A stretch of DNA of 64,000 nt from an uncultured Gemmatimonadales bacterium (GTDB lineage Bacteria; Gemmatimonadota; Gemmatimonadetes; Longimicrobiales; Gaopeijiaceae): NCBI GenBank assembly GCA_963823035.1, contig CAWGKG010000010.1:352001-416000 (forward strand), given 5' to 3'. Both the position numbers and the translations under genes were made by a program. Position 1 is the stretch's first letter, and the number at the start of each line of letters is the position of its first letter. Shown one piece after another: positions 44,069 to 53,610 of this stretch. The notes below the pieces were generated by a model, which searched no databases, was not told the origin of the DNA, and saw nothing but the letters and a program-made list of their open reading frames with translations.

Positions 44069-45423
44069 CGAAGCACCCGCGCCGTCGCGTCCTGGTCGTC
44101 GACGACGACCGTACCTTCCGCCTGTCCACCGCGGAGCTGCTGCGCCAGGACGGGCACGACGTCGACGTTGCCGCCGACGCGTCGGAGGCGGTGGAGCGCC
44201 TTTCGGGGGGAGGCTTCGACCTGGTGCTCCTCGACATGCGCATGCCGGGGATGGACGGGCTCACGGCCGTGGAGGTGTTACGCACCCGCGGTCTGCGCAC
44301 GCCGATCCTCATGATCAGCGGCTTCGGCACGATCGACACGGCGGTGGAGTCGCTGCACCGCGGTGCGGACCACTTCCTGGCCAAGCCGGTGGATCCGGAC
44401 GTCCTGAGCGCCAAGGTGGCCGAGCTGCTGGAGCGCAGGCCCGCGGCGGAGCGTGTCCGCGAGGGCGCGCTCGGCGCCATGGTCGGGCACGCGCGCGTGA
44501 TGCGCGAAGTGTTCGACGCCGTGCGCAGCGTGGCGCCGACCGAGACGACCGTGCTCATCACCGGGGAGACGGGGACCGGCAAGGAGCTCCTGGCGCGCGC
44601 CGTCCACGATCTCTCGGAGCGGGCGTCCGGGCCGTTCGTGCCGGTGAACTGCGCCGCGCTGGCCGAAGGTGTGCTGGAGAGCGAGCTCTTCGGGCACGTG
44701 CGCGGGTCGTTCACGGGTGCGGTGGTCGACCGGAAGGGGTTGTTCGCGGCGGCGGCCGGCGGGACGATCTTCCTCGACGAGGTGGGCGACGTGAGCCTCG
44801 CGCTCCAGCAGCGCCTGCTGCGGGTCATCCAGGAGCGGGAGGTGGTGCCGGTCGGAGCCGTGCGCGCGGAGCGCGTCGACGTGCGTGTGGTGGCGGCCAC
44901 GCACCGCGACCTGGCCGAGGAGATCCGGGTCGGCCGCTTTCGCGAGGACCTGTACTATCGGCTGAACGTGTTCCGCGTCGACGTGCCGCCGCTGCGCGAG
45001 CGCGCCTCGGACATCCCGCTCCTCGTCGAGGCTGCCCTCGGGCGCCTCCGCGAGCGGAGCCCCCGCTCCTCGCCGCCCGCCGCCTTCTCTCCGCTGGCCA
45101 TGAGGCTGATGCGCAGCCACGCGTGGCCCGGCAACGTCCGCGAGCTCTTCAGCGTGGTCGAGAGCGCGGTGATCCGGGCGGGCGGGCCGCGCATCGAGGC
45201 GCAGCACCTCCCGGCGCCCATCCGCGATCCGGAGGGGCGGGGCGCGACGCCCGGGATGGAGGAGCGCTACAAGGCCGGGGACCCGGAGTCCGAGCGCGAG
45301 GCCATCGTGGCGGCGCTCACCGAGGCCGAGGGGTCGCGATCCCGCGCCGCCGACCTCCTCGGGATGAGCCGCACCACCCTCTGGCGTCGCATGAAGGAGT
45401 TCGGGCTGGGCGACGACGAGTAG
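44065..45423 (+). CDS. sigma-54-dependent response regulator (NtrC family)
   Basis: Receiver domain, GETGTGKE, ESELFGHVRGSFTGA, FLDEVG, FREDLYYRLNV, WPGNVREL and a Fis HTH. Confidence 0.96.
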   Translation: MTKHPRRRVLVVDDDRTFRLSTAELLRQDGHDVDVAADASEAVERLSGGGFDLVLLDMRMPGMDGLTAVEVLRTRGLRTPILMISGFGTIDTAVESLHRGADHFLAKPVDPDVLSAKVAELLERRPAAERVREGALGAMVGHARVMREVFDAVRSVAPTETTVLITGETGTGKELLARAVHDLSERASGPFVPVNCAALAEGVLESELFGHVRGSFTGAVVDRKGLFAAAAGGTIFLDEVGDVSLALQQRLLRVIQEREVVPVGAVRAERVDVRVVAATHRDLAEEIRVGRFREDLYYRLNVFRVDVPPLRERASDIPLLVEAALGRLRERSPRSSPPAAFSPLAMRLMRSHAWPGNVRELFSVVESAVIRAGGPRIEAQHLPAPIRDPEGRGATPGMEERYKAGDPESEREAIVAALTEAEGSRSRAADLLGMSRTTLWRRMKEFGLGDDE

Positions 45424-45432
45424 CCCGTCGCC

Positions 45433-45470
45433 GTTTCACGAGGCGGGCTGAAACAACACGGCGCGTTTCA
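45433..45470. promoter_or_regulatory. putative enhancer (UAS) for the NtrC-type activator
   Basis: GTTTCA-N10-TGAAAC-N10-GTTTCA, about 90-120 nt upstream of the sigma-54 promoter. Confidence 0.55.
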
Positions 45471-45555
45471 TGGAACCCTGCGCAAGGGTCCCGGGAAGTC
45501 CCGTAAATCGTCTTCTGACAACGCTTTGAGTCCTCCGTAGGACGGGTACGGCAGG

Positions 45556-45570
45556 TGGCATGGCCGTTGC
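45556..45570 (+). promoter_or_regulatory. sigma-54 (-24/-12) promoter of repeat-lipoprotein/cupredoxin operon
   Basis: TGGCAT-GGCCG-TTGC, 47 nt before the ATG, which has a GGAGGT RBS. Confidence 0.8.
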
Positions 45571-45617
45571 CCCTCATGGGTTCCCTCAAGAGACACACGA
45601 ACCCGCGGAGGTGAATC

Positions 45618-47396
45618 ATGCGCTTCGACGTTCGAAGGCTCCTCGTACCGCTGCTCACCGTGGCCGCCATGGCCGCATGCAGCAGCTCCGACGACGGCAT
45701 GGGTCCGGACATGCCCACGCCCCTCGACCCGGCCGCCGCGCCGCGCGCCACGATCGATCGGTTCAGCGACGCGGCCGCGACGCTCTTCAAGCGGAGCGGC
45801 AACGCGTCGATGCCGGCCGCCGGCGCCGCCATCGACTTCGACCAGGCCCCCTTCATCACGCAGGGACTCGGGCCCGACGGCGCGCCGGTGCGCTACTACA
45901 ACTTCGACGTCATGTCCGCGCAGCCGGCGCCGATCTTCGTGCTCTTCCGCGAGGGGAGTTCCACGCCGGTCTCCGGCCAGATCAACATCGTCGACGTGAT
46001 CCCGGGCGACGCGGGCTACAACGACTTCTGGCAGGTGAACAAGGTCACCGTGCCGGCCGACTACGTCGCCAACACGGTGACGAGCGCGCAGGCCGTCGTG
46101 GACGGCGGCTACGCCGTCCAGGCCACCGACATGATCGTGAACTGTCCGATCGTGCCGGAGGGCTCGACAGCCAGCGAGGGACCGGGCGCCGCCGGGCTCA
46201 CCATGGGGTGGTACAAGGACCAGGTGGTCTTCTACTTCGACTTCAACGAGGCGTCACTCACCGCCACGCCGTCCGGTGCCGTACCGAGCAGCGACATCTT
46301 CGTCGCCTTCAACGTGAACCCGGACCAGGCGGGCGGAGGCCCGCGCGTCGGGCTTCATGGCGCAGGGCAGCTCCACGCAGACGCACAACGTGGTCGAGAC
46401 GGTTCCCGGCGATACGGACTACTCGCCGCTGTGGGACGTGATGCCGTACGACAACGCGGACTTCGGCGCCGTGCACGACCTGCTCAGCGCGATGGCCGTC
46501 GACAACTTCGGGCTCGCCGCCACGGTGAACTGCCCGATCGTCTTCGTCGGCCAGGCGCCCGGAAACGCGGCGACCGCCGAAGAGGTCGTGGTCGACCGCT
46601 TCAGCGACGACGCGGGGCACCTCTTCATGCGCAGCGCCAACGCCGCCCTCCCTGGCGCGGGCGAGGCGATCGACTTCGACCAGGAGCCGTTCATCTCGCA
46701 GGGCCTCGGGCCCGACGGGCAGGTCGTGCGCTACTACAACTTCGACGTCCAGCCCACCGCGCCCGCGCCGATCTTCGCGCTCTTCTACGAGAGCGGTGAC
46801 CCGGTTGCCGGGGCAGCACAACATCGTGGACGACGTCCCGGGCGACTCGGACTACAACGACTTCTGGCAGGTGGTGAAGGTCACGGTCCCGGACGGCTAC
46901 CTCGCGAACGCGGCGACCGGCCTGCAGGACCTGGTGGACGCCGGCTACGACATGGAGTTCACGGACATCCTGGTGAACTGCCCGATCGTGCCCGACGGCT
47001 CGACGGCGACGATGCGCCTCAACAGCACGGACACGGGGCTGACGACGGGGTGGTACCAGGGCAAGGTGGTCTACTACTTCAACTTCTTCGAGGCGCCGCT
47101 GAGCGCGACGACGGACGGCGCCGTGCCCACCAGCGACATCTACGTCTCCTTCAACGTCAACCCGGACCAGCCCGGTGGCGGCCCGCCCTCGGGCTTCATG
47201 GCCGAGACGGGCACGCAGCCAGACGCACAACGTCGTGGAGACCGTCCCGGGTGACGCGGCCTACTCGCCGCTGTGGGACGTGATGCCGTACGACAACGCG
47301 TCGTTCGACGGCGTGCACGACCTCGCCAGCGCGATGATGGCGATGAACTTCGGGCTGGCCGCCACGGTCAACTGCCCGATCGTGTTCATGCAATGA
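45618..47396 (+). CDS. acidic lipoprotein with four VNCPIV-terminated repeats (DUF7482-like; three apparent frameshifts near 46340, 46810, 47215)
   Basis: Lipobox AMAAC. Two ~270-aa units, each containing RYYNFD...PGD..YNDFW...VNCPIV and HNVVETVPGD..YSPLW...VNCPIV, assembled from ORFs 45618, 46357, 46796 and 47175. Confidence 0.8.
45753..47387 (+). repeat. intragenic tandem duplication, ~840-bp period
   Basis: TACTCGCCGCTGTGGGACGTGATGCCGTACGACAACGCG occurs at 46420 and 47262. Other blocks also match at a similar offset. Confidence 0.85.
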
Positions 47397-48513
47397 GCTT
47401 CGCGCGCTCCTTCGGCGCGGTCCTCGTCGGCGTGGTGGTCGGGGGTTTCTCCCCGGCCACCGCGCAGTCGGTGGCCGCCCGCACGCCGAACCTGTCTGGA
47501 GGTTGGACGGCGCCTCGAGGCGTGGTGCAGTTCAACCTCGTGCACCGGTTCACCATGAGTGAGGCCCCGCTCCGCAAGGTCACGAACACGCCGACCTTCC
47601 ACGTAGGGACGGGCATCACCGATCGGCTGATGGTCGGCTTCGTCTACGGCTCGAACTCCGCGCTGGTGCCGTCCTATCCGAACGAGTGGGAGTTCTACGC
47701 TCGCGCGTTACCCCTCTCCGAGGCGGGAGGCGCGCCGGCCGACGTGTCGGTGCAGGGCGGCTACAACGTCGCGTCGGAGAGCGCGGACGGCGAGTTGCTG
47801 GTGGCGCGTAGCCTGGGGCGCGTGAAGCTGCTCGCGGCCGGGCGCGCGTTCTCCAGCGCCTACGACAGCACGGCGGCACGTTTCGCCGTCACGGGCGGGG
47901 CCGTCCTGCGGCTCACCCCGACCGTGTCGCTCGCGGGGGACTACGGCACGCTTCTCGACCGCGCCGAGGGCGAGTCCGCCGCGTGGAGCGCCGGCGTCCA
48001 GGTCGGCGTGCCCTACACGCCGCACAGCCTCTCGATCCACGCGACGAACGTCGGCACGGCGTCGCTGGAGGGGGCGTCCCGGGGGTCGCGGACGCGGTGG
48101 GGCTTCGAATACACGATCCCGATCACGCTGCGCCGGTACGTCCGCTCCGGCGGCGGTGGGGCACGGGGGCCGTGCCGCGCGCCACGGACATGACGATGGC
48201 GATGGCGGGCGCGGACACGGTCTTCGTGGACATCCACAACCTCGCGTACCAGACGGAGGCGCTCGAGGTGGCCACCGGTGCGACGGTCGTGTGGCGGAAC
48301 ATGGACCCGGTGCAGCACTCGGTCATCGCCGACGACGAGAGCTTCGACTCGGGGCTCATCGATCCGGGCAAGACGTTCACCGTGACGTTCACCGAGCCCG
48401 GGGAGCACGGCTACCACTGCATGCCGCATCCGTTCATGAAGGCACGGGTGGTGGTGCGCGCCGCGATGGACGATGCCGCGAAAGCGGCGCCACAGAGGGA
48501 GGAGGACGCATGA
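47393..48513 (+). CDS. outer-membrane beta-barrel (DUF5777-like) probably fused to an amicyanin-type cupredoxin domain (frame break near 48160)
   Basis: Signal peptide, RTPNLSGGW, FNLVHRF and amphipathic strands up to WGFEYTIPI; then a Met-rich linker and type-1 Cu ligands HSV...CMPHPFM in the adjacent frame. Confidence 0.7.
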
Positions 48514-48902
48514 GGACGATCACGGGGGCGAAGGCCGGTCGCGCCGGAAGCACGATCCGCGGGCTGCTCCTCCTCGGCCTGGGGGCGGTCGTCTTCGGGT
48601 GCAGCCAGCACCAGGACCCGATGATGTCGCCCGATGACGGGGGCGATGTGGTCGAGGTCGAGATCCGGAACTTCGAGTTCTCCGTGCCGGACCTGCACGT
48701 GGCGCCCGGCACGACCGTACGCTGGCGAAATACCGTGGACAACTACCACACCGTCACGCCCGACGGGCACCAGGCCTGGCAGCAGTGGCAGACCACGCGC
48801 TCGGGGGAGACGTTCGAGGTCACCTTCGACGACGCCGGATCGTATCCATACTACTGCGCCGTGCATCGATCACTGATGACGGGCACGGTCGTGGTGGAGT
48901 AG
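48510..48902 (+). CDS. cupredoxin (plastocyanin/azurin-family) lipoprotein
   Basis: Lipobox VVFGC; GTTVRWRN, YHTVT and YYCAVHRSLMTGTVVVE type-1 Cu ligands. Confidence 0.88.
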   Translation: MRTITGAKAGRAGSTIRGLLLLGLGAVVFGCSQHQDPMMSPDDGGDVVEVEIRNFEFSVPDLHVAPGTTVRWRNTVDNYHTVTPDGHQAWQQWQTTRSGETFEVTFDDAGSYPYYCAVHRSLMTGTVVVE

Positions 48903-49019
48903 GGAGCGGAGGGACGGTCGAGCACGGGTGGGCCGCTTCTCCCTCCCACGGCCCGGTGAGCCTACATTACGTGCTCGCCGGGCCGTTCTGCCCCCCGCGT
49001 TCCCCACCCCAGGTGACCG

Positions 49020-50204
49020 ATGGCCAGGTTCGAAGGCATCGACTTCTACGACGTCGACTCGCTCCTCTCCGAAGAGGAGCGCATGGTGCGCGACACGATC
49101 CGCGCGTGGGTCGAGGACCGCCTCATGCCGATCATCGGCGAGGCCTACGTGGGCCATCGGATGCCGCGTGAGCTGATCCCGGAGCTGGGAGAGCTCGGCG
49201 TCCTGGGCGCGAACCTCCCCGAGGAGTACGGCTGCGCGGGGCTCAACAACGTGGCCTACGGGCTCATCATGCAGGAGCTGGAGCGCGGGGACTCGGGGCT
49301 GCGCTCCTTCGCGTCCGTCCAGGGCAGCCTCGTCATGTATCCGATCTTCGCCTTCGGCTCGGAGGAGCAGAAGCGCGCGTGGCTCCCGAAGCTCGCGTCC
49401 GGCGAGGCGGTCGGCTGCTTCGGCCTCACCGAGCCCGACTACGGCTCCAACCCGGCCGGAATGGTCACCCGCGCCGAGAAGACGTCGGACGGGTGGGTCC
49501 TGAACGGCGCCAAGATGTGGATCACCAACGGGTCGCTCGCGGACGTGGCGGTGGTCTGGGCGCAAACGGGCGACGCCGGTGACGTGCGCACGATCCGCGG
49601 CTTCGTGGTGCCCAAGACGGCGGACGGCTTCAGCGCGCGCGACCAGAAGGGCAAGCTCAGCCTCCTGGCCTCGGACACGAGCGAGCTGGTCTTCGAGGAC
49701 GTCCACCTTCCGGAGGACGCCATGCTCCCCCGGAGCACGGGTGGCCTCAAGCATCCGCTCATGTGCCTGACCCAGGCCCGCTACGGCATCGCGTGGGGCG
49801 CCGTCGGCGCGGCCATGGCCTGCTTCGACGAGGCGCGCTCGTATTCGAAGGAGCGGGTGATGTTCGACGGACCGATCGGAGGGAAGCAGCTGCAGCAGGC
49901 GCGCCTCGCCGACATGCTCACGAAGATCACGCAGGGGCAGCTCCTCACCTGGCGCCTCGGTCGGCTGAAGGACGAGGGGACGATGACCCCGCAGCAGGTA
50001 TCGCTCGCGAAGCGCGCGAATGTGGACATGGCCTGCGATATCGCGCGCGAGGCGCGTAGGCTTCTCGGTGCGAACGGCATCCTCGTCGAGTACCATTCGA
50101 TGCGCCACATGGCCAACCTCGAGTCGGTCTACACCTACGAGGGAACGCACGACATCCACACGCTCGTGCTGGGCCAGGCCGTGACGGGGCTCTCCGCCTT
50201 CTAG
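49020..50204 (+). CDS. acyl-CoA dehydrogenase, glutaryl-CoA dehydrogenase-like
   Basis: ELERGDSGLRS, GCFGLTEPDYGS, KMWITN, ARYGIAWG and NLESVYTYEGTHDIH. Confidence 0.92.
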   Translation: MARFEGIDFYDVDSLLSEEERMVRDTIRAWVEDRLMPIIGEAYVGHRMPRELIPELGELGVLGANLPEEYGCAGLNNVAYGLIMQELERGDSGLRSFASVQGSLVMYPIFAFGSEEQKRAWLPKLASGEAVGCFGLTEPDYGSNPAGMVTRAEKTSDGWVLNGAKMWITNGSLADVAVVWAQTGDAGDVRTIRGFVVPKTADGFSARDQKGKLSLLASDTSELVFEDVHLPEDAMLPRSTGGLKHPLMCLTQARYGIAWGAVGAAMACFDEARSYSKERVMFDGPIGGKQLQQARLADMLTKITQGQLLTWRLGRLKDEGTMTPQQVSLAKRANVDMACDIAREARRLLGANGILVEYHSMRHMANLESVYTYEGTHDIHTLVLGQAVTGLSAF

Positions 50205-50385
50205 CACCCTACGATGCCCCCCGAATGTGCCCGCGCCCGCTCTGGGATCCCCCTCGATGCGTGGGGGAGAAACGGCGAGCTTCGGGGGCGCTCGCACCGT
50301 TCGGCACGACTCCGCGCCAGAATGCGCAGTAGGGACATCGACCTCGAGAATGTCCGTTGTGATCACTCGTGAATCCGGCTATGGT

Positions 50386-50409
50386 GCGCTGCGCGGATCC
50401 GCGCAGCGC
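50386..50409. repeat. perfect 24-bp palindrome
   Basis: GCGCTGCGCGGATCCGCGCAGCGC is its own reverse complement. Confidence 0.8.
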
Positions 50410-50786
50410 GGGTGGTTCTTGTGGGGAAAAACATCCGTAGATGTACGGAGAATTCCCATTGCGGCCTCCCCGGAGTTTCCACTACCATTCTCCAGCGGCC
50501 CTCCCCCGTATCGTCATGACATCGTGGTTGTTCTGCGAATCCGGCCCTCACCGGGTTCCATTGAGATCGGAGCCAATGCATGAGGATCCCATCCAACAGG
50601 GTCGCTCTTCTCTCCCTGCTGGCACCCCCCGTCACGGGCTCCGACGGTCACGCGAACAAGAGCGTGGCGCGCTCTGCGCGCGCCGCGGTCGATGCGTGCG
50701 GAGCTACGGGCTGTCGGCCCGGACGAAGGTCGATCTGACCCCCTTGTTCCAACGCGACGCGGCGCATTGACCCGGGGACCGACGCG

Positions 50787-50814
50787 CGGTGACTACGCCC
50801 CGGTGACTACGCCC
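50787..50814 (+). repeat. perfect 14-bp tandem direct repeat
   Basis: CGGTGACTACGCCC twice, about 150 nt upstream of the multiheme cytochrome. Confidence 0.75.
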
Positions 50815-50961
50815 AGAGAAGCTGCCGCCCGACCGTCGGACCGGGCAGCCGCGACCGATCGCGGGTCCGAGCCGTCACGCCTATCTTCCGGGGCGGACCC
50901 GGGGGGCGTGGGACCGATCTTCCCCCGAGACCTCGGACGCTTTGACCCGGAAGCCGAATCG

Positions 50962-52687
50962 ATGATGGAAATGCTACGTTCGCTGCCTGGCCGAATCGCG
51001 TCATGGGCGGGCTCCCTCTCCGCGCCCGCGCTGGCCGTCATCGGCATCGCGATCGCCGCGTCCGTGGGCGCCGGTGGCTTCTACGCCTACCAGACGTACG
51101 ACTATGTGCAGCACGACAACGACTTCTGCCTGTCGTGCCACCTCATGGTCGAGCCCTACGAGCGCTTCGCCCGCAGCGCGCACCGCGGATTGGGGTGCAA
51201 GGCCTGCCACCAGCCCACGCTGGTGGTGCGCAGCCAGATGGCGCTCACCCAGATCGTCGAGAACCCGGACTCCCTCGGGGCGCACGCGAAGGTCAGCAAC
51301 GAGAAGTGCGCGGGCTGCCACATCGACGGTGACCCGGAGAAGTGGGAGCTCATCAAGAACTCGGCGGGCCACAAGGTGCACCTGGAGTCGAAGGACTCCA
51401 CGCTCCAGGGGCTGCAGTGCGTGCGCTGCCACGCCACGTCGCTGCACGAGTTCGCGGCGACCGACAAGACGTGCGCGCAGGCGGGCTGCCACGAAGACAA
51501 CAAGATCATGCTGGCGGGCATGAAGGACCTGACGATCCACTGCGCCGCCTGCCACGACTTCAGCCGACCGGTACCGGAGGGTGGTGGGGCCGAGGCCGTG
51601 CTCGCCGCTCTGAGCCCGGACCAGAACGAGTGTCTCACCTGCCACGAGATGCGCGTCCTGGTGAACCTCCCTGATCCGGATCCACACAAGGGCGCGTGCG
51701 CGGCGTGCCACAATCCGCACACGCAGGCCACCCCCGCAGGCGGCTGTGGAGTCGTGCACGAAGTCCGGGTGCCACACGCAGGCCGACACGCTTTCTCCGT
51801 TCCATCGCGGGATGGGCCCGGGCGTGCTCGAGAACTGCGTCAACTGCCACAACGCCCACGACTTCCACGTGGACGACAGCAACTGCCTCTCGTGCCACAC
51901 CGGGGTCTTCCGCGACTCGGTGCGCGCCGACCCCGGTGGCGTAGCGATGCGACCGTCGGTGGCCCACCCGGCCGTGCCCTCCTCCTTCGCGGGCATCGGC
52001 GCGCCCCCGTCCGAGGGCGCCTGGTGGCTCCATCCGGCTCAGCGGGCGCAGCCTCAGACCGCGCCGCAGACCATCCGACAGGACGGGCCGCGCTTCCTCC
52101 ACTCGCAACACCGGGGCGTCGCCTGTCTGAACTGCCACGACGCGACGCAGAGCCACGGTGGGCTCAAGGTCACCTCGATCTCCGATTGCCGGAGTTGCCA
52201 CCACACGGGCGGATTGAGCACGAACTGCACGCGCTGCCACCAGAGCGGGGACGCGCGCGGGGACCCGCACACGGAGCGGCGCACGTTGACCCTATCGGTC
52301 GGCGGGCCGGTGGAGCGTGACCTCCCCTTCCGGCACGAGAACCACACGGGTGAGTCTTGCTCGGTGTGCCATACACAGGGGCTCCAGCTCAGCGCCGCTT
52401 CCGTCGACTGCAACGGGTGTCACGAGCAACACCACGCGCTGGACAACGACTGTACGCTGTGCCACCTCCAACCTCCGGTGAGCGCCCACCCCGTCACGGC
52501 GGCCCACGAGACCTGTTCGGGCTCAGGGTGCCATACCGCGCCACCGTTCCAGAACCTCCCCACCTCGACCCGACAGGTCTGCCTGGTGTGTCACCAGCAG
52601 CAGAAGGACCACATGCCCGGCCAGATCTGCGCAGACTGCCACGCGATCAAGCAGCCGGCCGGCGCGGGCGGGAGGGCAGGTGTTTGA
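50962..52687 (+). CDS. membrane-anchored multiheme cytochrome c, ~20 hemes, NapC/NirT-like N-terminus (apparent frameshift near 51740)
   Basis: N-terminal TM followed by NDFCLSCH. 17 CxxCH and 3 CxxxxCH motifs counted across ORFs 50692..52320 and 51746..52687. Confidence 0.88.
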
Positions 52688-52748
52688 GGATCGGACCGAG
52701 GGACCGCGTCGCCGGCCACATCAGGAATCCACTCGAGGGAGGAGTATC

Positions 52749-53117
52749 ATGAGCGCCAGGGGAGCCCTCCTGCCGATGCTGATGCTGACGCTGGCGGTCG
52801 CCGGATGCGGCCGACCCCGGGATCAGGAGACCGGGTCGCTCGACGCGGTTGCGGCTCGGCAGAAGCTCGAGGAGATGCCCGCGGAGCTGCGGGCGCAGCT
52901 GGACAGCGGCAGCGCGGCCTTCCGCGCCCAGGACATGGACGCGGCGCTCGAGCACTACACGGCCGCCACTCGCATCGACGAGAGCGTCGCGGCAGCGTGG
53001 TTCGGCGTGTACATGGTGGAGAAGGCCAAGGGCAACACCCAGGAGGCGCTGGCCGCGCTCGAACGCGTGCAGAAGCTGGCCCCGGGGGCCACGCTCGTCG
53101 GAGACACGGCTTCATGA
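52749..53117 (+). CDS. TPR-containing lipoprotein
   Basis: Lipobox AVAGC; TPR-like helices (AALEHYTAATRID...AAWFG...EALAALERVQKLAP). Confidence 0.75.
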   Translation: MSARGALLPMLMLTLAVAGCGRPRDQETGSLDAVAARQKLEEMPAELRAQLDSGSAAFRAQDMDAALEHYTAATRIDESVAAAWFGVYMVEKAKGNTQEALAALERVQKLAPGATLVGDTAS

Positions 53118-53587
53118 GGCGCGGAAGGTTGGTGTTCGCCGCGGTGGCCTCGGTGGCCGCGGTGTCGGCCTGCAAGAGCGAGCACCACTTCGAGCCGCCC
53201 GACCGCGGAGCTCAGGTCCGGCAGGCGGAGATGCTGTACACGCACGCCCTGTTCGACACGATCACCTGGGCCAGCGACAGCGTCCGCTCGCTCGACGGCA
53301 ACGCCGTCTTCGCGGCGAAATGCCGCCGTTGTCACGGAACGCTCGGCAAGGGCGACACGGACTACGCGGTGGCGCGCGACCTGAAGGTGCCCTCGCTGGT
53401 CGAGCCGGACTGGCGGCTGGCCGCGTCCATCGACTCGCTACGCCACACCGTGTTCGTCGGGCACGCCCAGGGGATGCCGACCTTCGGCGTCGCGGGCATC
53501 ACGCTGCGCGAGATCGACGCGGCATCCTACTACGTGCTGCACCGCCTCCGGCCCGACGTGCTGGGGGCCGGAGGCGGCTCGAAGTAG
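53114..53587 (+). CDS. monoheme cytochrome c lipoprotein
   Basis: Lipobox AVSAC, GNAVFAAKCRRCHG and distal Met GMPTF. Confidence 0.88.
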   Translation: MRRGRLVFAAVASVAAVSACKSEHHFEPPDRGAQVRQAEMLYTHALFDTITWASDSVRSLDGNAVFAAKCRRCHGTLGKGDTDYAVARDLKVPSLVEPDWRLAASIDSLRHTVFVGHAQGMPTFGVAGITLREIDAASYYVLHRLRPDVLGAGGGSK

Positions 53588-53610
53588 GAGACGGTCGGGA
53601 CGGGAGCCCC

